Part shown: positions 14,709-23,564 of the stretch, piece after piece
Layout of the letters: each line of letters begins with the position of its first letter
How positions within the stretch are numbered: the first letter of the stretch is position 1
Virus record (IMG/VR): IMGVR_UViG_3300046103_003027
Location: 1 to 24,949 of that record
Direction: 5' to 3' (one strand)
Length of the DNA: 24,949 nt
From: a virus
Lineage: Duplodnaviria; Caudoviricetes
Program-made: the position numbers and the translations under genes
The notes under the pieces: generated by a model
Told to the model about the DNA's origin: nothing
The model's input: only the letters and a program-made list of their open reading frames with translations
Database searches by the model: none

Positions 14709-15717
14709 TCCGCAAACTTCCGATCCCGCTATACTGTTGGAAATTTGCGGGGCTCCACAAAGGGGTCACGTCATTGAGGTTTGTTTCGTCCGCCATCCCG
14801 CTATACGGCTGGAAGCCTACGGGGCTCCACGAGGGGGCCACGCCGTTGGGGTTTGTTGTGTCCGCCATCCCGCTATACTGCTGGAAGTTTACGGGGCTCC
14901 ACGAGGGGTCCACGCCGTTGGGGTTTGTTGTGTCCGCCATCGCTGGACCCGTGCCGGGCGCGAAGGACGACAGATCCATGGGTGCTCCACTAAGGCTCGC
15001 TATTCCGGGGCCGTCTGCATACCCGGTACTTCCTAAGTTGCCTGCATAAGACCCGGTACTTCCTAAGTTGCTTGCAGACCCGGTAGTGCCGATTGCGGGC
15101 TGCGCCGGATCACCTACTCCTAAACTCGCTATACCCTTTTGGAAGGAGTCGATAGCCTCCGTTACAGCGTCTTTTGCAGTATCGAAGCCAAGGTCGGTAG
15201 AGATACCGCTTAAAGCCGCCGTTATGCCAAGATCTGCCGCGGCCTTTTTTGCATAATCTTCCGCGATGCCCATAAGGCCCGTGCTATCGGGCGTTAATCC
15301 CGCCATATGGGCGATAGAGGGTACATCGACTCCAAGGGCACCCAGTCCTTTGGAGAAAGCATACGCGGCCCAGCCGGGAGCTCCAAGCGCAAGAGAAGCG
15401 ATCCCAACGGGATCGGTAATTGTGTTCCACGCCGCGTCAAAAAGGCTGCCAAAAAAACCGCGTTCTTCTCCCGGGTCGTCGAGTCCGGGATCTTCGCCGA
15501 AGCCTGCTACATCCTCTGCATCGTCTCTATCTGACATACTAGAGAAGCTATCTGAATCACTATTAGATGTACCTTGTCCATCCTCTCCAGACCCTCCTAC
15601 ATCACCCGCATCCTCAGAATCTTCACCATCACTATAATAGCAGACACCACGAAGCTTCATCAGAAGATGTTGATCTTCATCAAAGTTATTACATTGAAAA
15701 TCAAATCTATGTAACAT
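14701..15717 (-). CDS. Low-complexity acidic protein with C-terminal 24-aa repeats; putative virion-associated (338 aa)
   Basis: TAATG coupling upstream and overlap with the endolysin start; D/S/G-rich N-terminus, hydrophobic Gly/Ala centre, repeats at the C-terminus. Confidence 0.8.
   Translation of the reverse strand: MLHRFDFQCNNFDEDQHLLMKLRGVCYYSDGEDSEDAGDVGGSGEDGQGTSNSDSDSFSSMSDRDDAEDVAGFGEDPGLDDPGEERGFFGSLFDAAWNTITDPVGIASLALGAPGWAAYAFSKGLGALGVDVPSIAHMAGLTPDSTGLMGIAEDYAKKAAADLGITAALSGISTDLGFDTAKDAVTEAIDSFQKGIASLGVGDPAQPAIGTTGSASNLGSTGSYAGNLGSTGYADGPGIASLSGAPMDLSSFAPGTGPAMADTTNPNGVDPSWSPVNFQQYSGMADTTNPNGVAPSWSPVGFQPYSGMADETNLNDVTPLWSPANFQQYSGIGSLRNV
14723..14941. repeat. 72-bp tandem repeat x3 (coding, MADTTNPNGVxPSWSPVxFQxYSG)
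   Basis: Units start at 14723, 14795 and 14867 (ATCCCGCTATAC... for the first three; the array ends at ATC 14939-14941); the copies are diverged. Confidence 0.95.
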
Positions 15718-15902
15718 TAACCTTTACCTTTTCGCATCATAGCAGCACGGTCTTCTATTGGTATTCTATTAGATGCTTCCTCTGATACCTTTCTTTGGGC
15801 ACGAGGAAATTTCTTATTATCTTCCAAGAGACGGCGGCGATGGAGCTCCGACTGACAAAACAGGCCGGTAGCGTCGTAGAGCTCTTTTCGCTGTGTGTAC
15901 AT
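15717..15902 (-). CDS. Hypothetical protein (61 aa), possibly chimeric or a remnant
   Basis: Fills the gap; stop coupled to the next gene (TAATG); start lies in an 11-bp duplication; GC content shifts within the ORF. Confidence 0.45.
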   Translation of the reverse strand: MYTQRKELYDATGLFCQSELHRRRLLEDNKKFPRAQRKVSEEASNRIPIEDRAAMMRKGKG

Positions 15903-15912
15903 CGTGTGTACA

Positions 15913-18900
15913 TCAGCCCGTCATAGAGGCAATGCCCCCCTCGGGAAAGAGCGCCGCCATTTTCTTAACAGTCTCCGGGTTCACACGGCCCGCGGGCCGC
16001 GGAGCGTTGGCCGGGGCTTGTGCGGGTTGTGCCGCTTGAGCTATCTGCGCCAAGAACGGTTCGGGCTGCTGCTGCGGGGCCTGCGCCACCTGTTGGTTTG
16101 GCTGGCGCGAGAACCGCGAACCGTAGAGGGAGGATTGCTTGCCGGGGGTCTCTTGCCGCGGAGCGGGGGTCGCTTCTGTGGGTGTTGTACCTGCGTCGTC
16201 GGCTGCGGGTATGACCCGTCGCGACGGGTTAATAATACCGGCACGGATAAGGTAGCCCTTAACGACTTGTGCAATACTGGTGGCTTCTTGTTGGCTGCGG
16301 GGCTTTCTGAGCATCTGAGCCAATAGTGCGGGGTTCTCCAACATTTCCTGCATGGCCTGCAAGGCGGAAACTTGAGGCATCTCATCAAAAAGAGTACGCA
16401 CAAGCTTAGAACCGGCACCTGCCGCAATAAGGGATGCGCCAGAATTGGAACCCAGAGGCATTGCTTTTTGGGCACTCGTTCCTAATGCAGAACCCGCCAT
16501 GCGAAGATAGAAGTCCAGCATAGGACCGGCACCTTCGGTGAGTGCGCTATCCAATTTCCCGGCCTTGTCGAGAGTTTCGTACCGAACGAGTTCTCGCATC
16601 AAACGCTCTAAACGAGTTGCTTCCAGTTCGGAGATGACATTCTCTTTCTGGAGGAGTTCCATAAGAGAGATACGCTGCCCCCCTACAAGATCTCCCCCGG
16701 AGGCACCTTTTTCAAAGGTGCGGGGGTTCCTCATAGAGGGCCGGTACGCTCCCGCTCTCGGAATGGGACTGAAAAGCTTCTTGTACGCGGAGATCGCGCT
16801 AAACTGGGCCCCTTGCAAACCGGCTTCAACGCCAATGACGTGTTCAAACAGGCCCGAAAGAAAACCGGCCTTTGCTCTTTCTTGGAGCTCGGGAGCCACG
16901 TTTTTGTTAGTCAGAGGCTCGGTTAGGTGCCTCAACTGAAGAATAGGCCGGTCTCCGGATAAAGCCTTGCTTATTACTCGGGACACGCTTTCGACACCCA
17001 CATTGATGCCGCGCATTCTTGCGTAAAGGTTCTCGTCCGCAAAGCGTTTTTCGTAACCGCCTAAGCGGTCCCTTGTTTGTGTAAACAGTTGATCTGCAAT
17101 TTTAAGGTCCGAAAGGTCGGCTTGTAGCTTTGGGAAGAAGCTCAGAGGTCGGCCTTCACCGCTAAAGTCCGCTACAAACTTCTGTAGCTTTTTCGGGTCG
17201 AGTTCCCCCGCTTCGTTGCGTGACCGGTCTACCATAACTTTTAGGATGTTTCGGATAGTTCCGGAAACACCGGTAAAAACTTCTTCTCCTGCCGCGTACC
17301 GCGTCGGTCCTTCTCGACCCTTGCCAAGAGCCGCCTCGGCAGACTCTACGGTTTCCCGTAGGAAGCCGCTTTCCCTCATAAAGTCATCAATGGCGAGCAC
17401 TTGGTCGTAGCGGGCCGAACTGAGGTCTGCTTGCTGTTTGAATCCGCTAATTAGAACCTCTGGTTCAGTCCGAAGGGCCCCGGTTCTGGTCTTAGTAAGG
17501 GCTTCTGCGCCAAAACCGCGGGTGAAGACATCATTTAGTGCGCGAGAGTAGCTGTTGGCCCCCGTCCATGCTGCTATTGCGGCGTCGGCTACGGCGTCAC
17601 CGGCAAACTCCATGAAGTTATCGATGTCGTTTTTAGCTTCCTGCGCTATCCTCGAAGCCAGTCCGGCAAATCCATCGTTACCCGTTACGGCTCCGTATTC
17701 CCGGGCATATGCAAGCGCTCGACCCCGCAGCTTCACAAGTTGCTGCAAGGTAATCGGCTCGATGGGTGGAGAGCCCGGCAGATTACCCGACTGTGTCAGG
17801 CTTGCGACAAGGTCATCCTTTTGTGCGGCTAGAAGGTCTTGGGTCTCTTTCCAAGATGTTGCGCCGGAGCGTCTAGTGGGATACGCGGCTCGCTCAGAAA
17901 TAATAGACCCGAGGGCGGCGATATTTTCCTGTGTAGGAAGAATAGACCCGTCGTCCCCGCGTTGCAGAAGCGGAGTGCCTGTTCGGGTATCGCGGCCCGT
18001 AATCGCCTCCCCCGAAAGAATATCGTCAAACCGCTGAACAGAATCCTGTCCCGCTAACCTTTTTCTTAATGTATCCAGTCTTTTTGCTTGCGGGGACATG
18101 CCCGTAACGGGGGTCGGCCCAAAGCCCAACTGAATCCGCATCTCGTCCATAATTTTAGTTATGGTGCCCAGTTTCGACCGGTCCTCCATCGATAGCGCTT
18201 CCCAAGCTGCGTTATCCATTTTATCATCAAAAAACTTGAGAACCCCGGGCATATTGGTAGGGTCCGCGCTTAAAACGACAGATCGACCTTGGTCATCCAC
18301 ACCACGTGTGACGTTGAAGAAACTCGTGATCGGCACATCGTCAATGCTTCCCCAAAGTTTATCCTCTTGCCCTCTCGCAAGCTTCAGGTCAGCCTCAACG
18401 ATCTCAAATAGTTTGCGGCCCAGCATCGTTATATTTGTATCGCCGCCTCGGGAAAACCTTTCCCAAGCTTCCTGCCATTTGGCAAAATTGCCCGCCAACC
18501 GGTTAGTTAGCCCCGCTTCAAAAGCCCCGTAAGAAATTTCCCCAGCCTGACGCAACGCCTCACGGTCACCTGTTGAAATTAAATTGTCCAGCACCCCCAC
18601 AAGGGCCACTTTTGCTTTCTCAGCTTCTTTCTTCTGTTTGGAGGATAAACCCCCAAGGCTTTGTGCTATAGAGGCTTCAACCGCCAGTAGCATTGGATCA
18701 CCGGTCTGCTGACCCGCCGTCAAATTTAATCTAACGCCCCCAAGAGACTCGTCCCCGGAGAGATCCTCCAGTTGGTCTGCCAAACGAAGCATGTCTGCGT
18801 CCGTGTACCCGCCTTCTTTTTCCAAGAGCCCGCGGATTACTTCAAACCCCTTTTGTCTCCTGTTTTTGCCAAAAGAATCCAAAGCGGCCTTACCTGTTCC

Positions 18901-20238
18901 AGCGACTTTACCAAAGAACGACGGTGTTTTTTGGCCCGCCTCAACCCACGCATCCCGCCCCCGGCGGTAAGCGGCTTGCAGAGCAGGCAAATACTGGATT
19001 CCAAGTATTCTTGGGAGGACCGCGGAGCCGCCTAAACCGCCCACAAGTTCTACCCCCAGCTTCTCCAGTTCCGTGGTTGGCTCCGCCCAGAACACCGCTC
19101 CCGCTGCGCCGGTCACGGCTCCGAGCTCTCGCGCCCCCACTGCGATGGGGGAATCTTTTGCCTCCTGCGCGGTTTTTCCTAGTGCCTGCTCAACAAGGTT
19201 CCCAAGTCTAATCCGAAGCGGGGCCTTGACGTATTTAAGCATTCCCTTTTTAGGCCCTTCTTGGATACGCTCCATTCCTGCCGCGTACCGGGTAGGTCCC
19301 TCTCGACCCTTGCCGAGTCTTTGGTAGAAAGCTTCTAAGTTTTTTGCAGCACCAAAACTAACATCCGGTTTTATGGCCCACGGCATTAAGGCCCACGGAA
19401 ACCAAACACCGGCTGTTTTCAAAGCTTCATATTTCGTTGCGGTCCCGGGGATACGGTCCGCCTCTTTTCCGAACAAGAAATCTTGCTCTAACAGGCGGTC
19501 AATGGCCACTTGGCCCATGGTCATGGCCCCAACGCCGCCGACAAAGCCGCCGACAAGGGGACGGCCTATCAACGAACCTGCTTGGGCACCGTATTTTGCG
19601 CCTTGGAGGCCTGCCACCATTCCCGCCGCAGACGGGATAAACCCCCGGAGGAAACCTTCTGTTCCCGGCAGGTCTTTTCCACTGCGAAGGTTACTGAAGG
19701 CCTCAACAATTTCTGTCGGCGTAAAGACCTTTCCGGCATATTCTTCGAAACCGGGAACGTCACCAAGCCCATGATTACCCGTTGTGAACGCTTCGAAAGA
19801 AAAGTCCGGGGTGTACGTATCTTCTTCTGAGTCCCCTATTGGAGACGGGATCGGGGGGGCCAGCTTAGAGAGTTCCGGAGATACGCCGCTAAGTATGTAC
19901 TCCGCCGCGTTTTTCGCATACTCCGAGCCCGTACCCCAGATGTCCGTAAGCTTGGTCCGGTCTTCGGGAGTTATACGAACTTGAGGGAGCTCGACCCCGG
20001 TGCTTTCCGCCTCTACCGGTGCAGCTACCGGTGCAGCTACCGGTGCGGCTACCGGTGCAGCTACCGGTGCAGCTACTTCGGGAAGACCGTCTTCTTCCTC
20101 GGGGAAGAAGTCTTCTTCCTCGGGGAAGAAGTCTTCTTCCTTCGTCTCTGTAAGAGGGTTTATTGGCCCTACCCGGCGGCCTTGGGAATCTATGGGGGAG
20201 CCGTCCTCAAGCAGCCCCGATACATCTTGTTCAGCCAT
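15913..20238 (-). CDS. Large putative internal virion / DNA ejection protein (1441 aa)
   Basis: Long helical Ala/Gly/Leu-rich ORF with glycine-zipper-like segments (GGFVGGVGA, VGGLGG); last and largest of a size-ascending 355/1108/1441-aa series typical of podovirus ejection proteins. Function is inferred. Confidence 0.8.
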   Translation of the reverse strand: MAEQDVSGLLEDGSPIDSQGRRVGPINPLTETKEEDFFPEEEDFFPEEEDGLPEVAAPVAAPVAAPVAAPVAAPVEAESTGVELPQVRITPEDRTKLTDIWGTGSEYAKNAAEYILSGVSPELSKLAPPIPSPIGDSEEDTYTPDFSFEAFTTGNHGLGDVPGFEEYAGKVFTPTEIVEAFSNLRSGKDLPGTEGFLRGFIPSAAGMVAGLQGAKYGAQAGSLIGRPLVGGFVGGVGAMTMGQVAIDRLLEQDFLFGKEADRIPGTATKYEALKTAGVWFPWALMPWAIKPDVSFGAAKNLEAFYQRLGKGREGPTRYAAGMERIQEGPKKGMLKYVKAPLRIRLGNLVEQALGKTAQEAKDSPIAVGARELGAVTGAAGAVFWAEPTTELEKLGVELVGGLGGSAVLPRILGIQYLPALQAAYRRGRDAWVEAGQKTPSFFGKVAGTGKAALDSFGKNRRQKGFEVIRGLLEKEGGYTDADMLRLADQLEDLSGDESLGGVRLNLTAGQQTGDPMLLAVEASIAQSLGGLSSKQKKEAEKAKVALVGVLDNLISTGDREALRQAGEISYGAFEAGLTNRLAGNFAKWQEAWERFSRGGDTNITMLGRKLFEIVEADLKLARGQEDKLWGSIDDVPITSFFNVTRGVDDQGRSVVLSADPTNMPGVLKFFDDKMDNAAWEALSMEDRSKLGTITKIMDEMRIQLGFGPTPVTGMSPQAKRLDTLRKRLAGQDSVQRFDDILSGEAITGRDTRTGTPLLQRGDDGSILPTQENIAALGSIISERAAYPTRRSGATSWKETQDLLAAQKDDLVASLTQSGNLPGSPPIEPITLQQLVKLRGRALAYAREYGAVTGNDGFAGLASRIAQEAKNDIDNFMEFAGDAVADAAIAAWTGANSYSRALNDVFTRGFGAEALTKTRTGALRTEPEVLISGFKQQADLSSARYDQVLAIDDFMRESGFLRETVESAEAALGKGREGPTRYAAGEEVFTGVSGTIRNILKVMVDRSRNEAGELDPKKLQKFVADFSGEGRPLSFFPKLQADLSDLKIADQLFTQTRDRLGGYEKRFADENLYARMRGINVGVESVSRVISKALSGDRPILQLRHLTEPLTNKNVAPELQERAKAGFLSGLFEHVIGVEAGLQGAQFSAISAYKKLFSPIPRAGAYRPSMRNPRTFEKGASGGDLVGGQRISLMELLQKENVISELEATRLERLMRELVRYETLDKAGKLDSALTEGAGPMLDFYLRMAGSALGTSAQKAMPLGSNSGASLIAAGAGSKLVRTLFDEMPQVSALQAMQEMLENPALLAQMLRKPRSQQEATSIAQVVKGYLIRAGIINPSRRVIPAADDAGTTPTEATPAPRQETPGKQSSLYGSRFSRQPNQQVAQAPQQQPEPFLAQIAQAAQPAQAPANAPRPAGRVNPETVKKMAALFPEGGIASMTG
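20013..20076. repeat. 12-bp tandem repeat x5 (VAAP)
   Basis: CTACCGGTGC(A/G)G x5. Confidence 0.95.
20089..20141. repeat. 21-bp tandem repeat x2.5 (EEEDFFP)
   Basis: GTCTTCTTCCTCGGGGAAGAA repeated; each unit is self-complementary (CTTCTTCC-TCGG-GGAAGAAG). Confidence 0.95.
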
Positions 20239-23200
20239 TATTGCGCTACCTTTTCACCGCCAAGAAGCCTCGGAGCCCCAATTAGGTCCGTAGCTTGTTG
20301 GACTTTCGAAGCCGGAGCATCCAAACCGGCCATCATGCTTAGAACGCGGGAAACCTTGAACATGTTCATACGGGCCTCCGCCTTTAACTCGGGCGGGAAG
20401 TTACCTTGCAGGGTTTGCTTGTTTCTTTGCTGTGCGTCCCGCAAGGTTTGCCGTAAATCATAAAGCTTGTCTTTTTCGTTCTCTTTGTTACGCCACAGGT
20501 TTTCGGGATCAGGATAAATTGTCGCGACGCGTTCTAGCTCCGCTACCGGCATTCTAGGGTTGTTTACAAAAGCGTCTCGGGTAAGGACGATCAGTCTCCG
20601 CATGGTGTTTCGGCCTTTGGCCGTAGTAGAATTTCGCCCCCAACCCGCAGGAGAAAGGATATAGGACACTCTTTCACGGATTCCACTGCCGAAGCCTAAC
20701 CCCGCATCTGCCGCTTCCGCCATTGAGAGTTGATAGTACTTGCTTGCCGTGGCCGGAACCCGTTCCACTACGGTTTTACCGTCCGCGTTTTTCTGCAAGC
20801 GGAAGTCGGATAGTTCCATGACATCGGGCGAAGCGGTGTTGTGACTGTCTCCTTCAATATCCTCGGCATCAAGTCGAATGACACCATCAGCCCCGATACC
20901 GCGGATGAGTTCTTTGTCGCGGCTAGCTACTTTGTACTTCTCCCTGATTTGAGCGATAGTAGTGTCACTGGGCAAGGAGGCCCCAGCCAGCGCCTGTGAC
21001 GGAAGTGGGACACGTTCCTGCCTCTTTTGACCATCTTCCCCAGTAACTTCTTTTGTAATGAAGAGGTTTCCGGCTTCATCCTGCGTAACAAGCGCGTTTA
21101 ACTCCCCTTGACCAAACGTGTTGGCAAGCTCTTGAGAGCCAAAGACGAAGTTCTTTACCTTCATCTTTCCCGGGACACTGTAATCAGCAAGGACCGTAAA
21201 TTCTTCGGGTTTCGAAGGGTCCTTTATGCTCACAAGCCTGTCTCCAACGACCTTGATAACAGGGTCGCCCGGCGCTGTTACAATAGCTGTAAGCTTCTTT
21301 GTGTCCGGGTTGTACGCGTAGCGAGATTCGCCCACAGTAAACAACTGGTCTTCCGCGGCCCCTTTAAAGACCTCTTTCGCCCTAAATCCCGTGCCGTCTT
21401 GGTTCAATGTAAACTGTACGAAGCTGCGACCGTACTGCTTAATCTGCGGGGTGGGTCGGTCACTTGTGCCAAGAATCATTTTGTCTTCAGGATGGTGCTT
21501 GTTGTAGGCAACGTTAACTTTTGTGCCTCCGGGGCCGGGCTCTTCCTTAAACACGTATTCCGACGCATCTACATTAGGTGCTTCGATAAGACCGTTCGGC
21601 CCTACGGTATACGCTTTTCCGGCAATGATTTCTGTTTTCGGGGCTGCTGTAATAACAGCTTTTCCTTTTATTTTTAAAGGTACGAATTTCCCCGCGCGCA
21701 GCACCGCAATGCTTTCTCTGCCGTCTTCCAACAAGAATTTTTGTGTTTGCAGGTTTTCTGGAATTGATTTTATCACAAAGCTACCGTCGTCCTTTTTGAA
21801 CGGTTCAACGAAGGCTTTAATATCTCCGTTTTTGCTTTCCTTAAAATACCTTCTTGCTGAATACGTGATACCGGTTTTCGGGTCCACGTCGTCTACAATT
21901 TTGTCCTCTTTCGCTATGTCAAAAGAAAGCTGTCGTCCTGCCTTTGCTGCATCCGATTTAGCCTTTACCAAAGCGGTTTCTTTAGCCGCCTCCGCTTTAC
22001 TAGTCGCGGTCATATCCGCCTCAGATGAGGTCAACGCCGCGAGGTTAAGCTGACGGTCCGCGGCTTTGCGGGCCGCTCTCTGCTGCGCCATCAGCGTCAG
22101 CGTGTTCTGACCAAGGCCTACTTCGTTAGCAACGCGCCCGGCTTGCGCCAAGCTGAACTTTGACCCGGCTTCTTCGGGTTTGGGGGCTTGCATCAAGCCA
22201 AACCCAAACTTAGCGAGGTCTGTGTAGAACTGAGCCTGCGCCAAATCCTTGTCGCCCGCGGCATCGCCGCCGCCAACAATACCCCTGTACACTTCGGCGC
22301 GTTCTTTTGCCAAAGTCGCCAAATCTTTAGAAGCCGCTGCGGGAGCGCTTGGTGACGGGAGAGCACCTGCGGCAAGGGAGTTTAAGGTACGGGGGTCGAG
22401 GTCAAACTCACCCAAGCGGAGGGGAACCCCCGGAACAACACCAGCCTCACTAAAGCGGAGGACTACCCCGCCTTGGTTAAAATTTACGGGGGGCACTCCC
22501 CCTTCCGGTTCGGGAGGCGGACCGCCCGTCATAGACATAATTCCGCCCGCCATGTCCCCAGTGACAGGGATGTTCATCGCTTCCTGCGCCATCGGGCCAA
22601 TTCCGCCCGTGTCCGTGTCCATCGAAGCCATCATTAGAACCGGCTGCACAAGCGTCAGAACCGATTCCGGGGTCTGCGCCGCGTCTTCCGGGCCAACCAT
22701 CTCGCCAAGCTCTGCACGGCGCTCTTCTATCGTGGCCTGATCTCCGCGGACCATATTCATCATCTGTTCAGCGTTTTCCGCAGTCTCCGGATCACCAAAG
22801 TCCTGCGCCACACCCTGAATAATCTGAGCAATCTGCGGATCAATCTGTGACGCAATACCCTCCGTAACAACCGGTCCAAGGTCCGCGGGCGGCGGAGCGC
22901 CCATCGCGGCCATCGGATCGCCACCCATCATCGGATCGCCACCCATCATTCCAGCCATCGGGTCAGCGCCCATCTGACCCATGGCCGCGGCTATCGGCTC
23001 GCCGCCCAACGCCATCGGGATGCCGGGTAGCGCGGCAGGGGGCGGGGGCGGAGGAGGACGCATACCAAAGCTTTCCTCTTCCTGACTTTCACGATCTGCG
23101 TTACGCTGCATACGACGAAGCGTGTTAAAATCTTCCGGACTCAGCGGAGCGTTGTTTTGTGCGCCGTATGCCGGGTCAACACCGTCCGGTCCGGGCGGGA

Positions 23201-23564
23201 TAAACTCCCGCGTAACCCCGCCCTGCGGCGGGTCCACAGGTGTCATCATCTGATCCAAGCTGCGGGGGGGCATAGGCGCACCAGCGTTTTGCGCGAGCAG
23301 GGCTGCACCAGCCTCCGCACCCGCACCCGTAGAGGACTGCGGGCCTAAGCGCTGCGAAAGGGCCTGCGCAATAGCTTTATCAAACTGCGGGAACATCTGA
23401 GCGATGTCCGAGAGGTCTCGGCGGTTTTCTTGCACGTACCGAAGTACATCTGCGTTTGAACCGCGCATCGCAGCGATAAGGCCGTCTACAATGGCCTGAA
23501 CGTCCGAGGGAACCACGCCGCCGGTGGCAAACATCTGCCGGGCCATAAGGTCTCTGTTCATCAT
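20238..23564 (-). CDS. Putative internal virion protein (1108 aa)
   Basis: Pro/Met/Gly-rich N-terminal third, helical middle, beta-rich repetitive C-terminal half; coupled at both ends (ATGA, TAATG). Confidence 0.8.
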   Translation of the reverse strand: MMNRDLMARQMFATGGVVPSDVQAIVDGLIAAMRGSNADVLRYVQENRRDLSDIAQMFPQFDKAIAQALSQRLGPQSSTGAGAEAGAALLAQNAGAPMPPRSLDQMMTPVDPPQGGVTREFIPPGPDGVDPAYGAQNNAPLSPEDFNTLRRMQRNADRESQEEESFGMRPPPPPPPAALPGIPMALGGEPIAAAMGQMGADPMAGMMGGDPMMGGDPMAAMGAPPPADLGPVVTEGIASQIDPQIAQIIQGVAQDFGDPETAENAEQMMNMVRGDQATIEERRAELGEMVGPEDAAQTPESVLTLVQPVLMMASMDTDTGGIGPMAQEAMNIPVTGDMAGGIMSMTGGPPPEPEGGVPPVNFNQGGVVLRFSEAGVVPGVPLRLGEFDLDPRTLNSLAAGALPSPSAPAAASKDLATLAKERAEVYRGIVGGGDAAGDKDLAQAQFYTDLAKFGFGLMQAPKPEEAGSKFSLAQAGRVANEVGLGQNTLTLMAQQRAARKAADRQLNLAALTSSEADMTATSKAEAAKETALVKAKSDAAKAGRQLSFDIAKEDKIVDDVDPKTGITYSARRYFKESKNGDIKAFVEPFKKDDGSFVIKSIPENLQTQKFLLEDGRESIAVLRAGKFVPLKIKGKAVITAAPKTEIIAGKAYTVGPNGLIEAPNVDASEYVFKEEPGPGGTKVNVAYNKHHPEDKMILGTSDRPTPQIKQYGRSFVQFTLNQDGTGFRAKEVFKGAAEDQLFTVGESRYAYNPDTKKLTAIVTAPGDPVIKVVGDRLVSIKDPSKPEEFTVLADYSVPGKMKVKNFVFGSQELANTFGQGELNALVTQDEAGNLFITKEVTGEDGQKRQERVPLPSQALAGASLPSDTTIAQIREKYKVASRDKELIRGIGADGVIRLDAEDIEGDSHNTASPDVMELSDFRLQKNADGKTVVERVPATASKYYQLSMAEAADAGLGFGSGIRERVSYILSPAGWGRNSTTAKGRNTMRRLIVLTRDAFVNNPRMPVAELERVATIYPDPENLWRNKENEKDKLYDLRQTLRDAQQRNKQTLQGNFPPELKAEARMNMFKVSRVLSMMAGLDAPASKVQQATDLIGAPRLLGGEKVAQ
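22911..22949. repeat. 18-bp tandem repeat x2 (MMGGDP)
   Basis: CATCGGATCGCCACCCAT x2. Confidence 0.9.

Noticed and set aside
14723-14941. CRISPR array or DGR template/variable repeats
   Set aside because: Contiguous in-frame 72-bp coding repeats without unique spacers; no cas or reverse transcriptase gene in the window.
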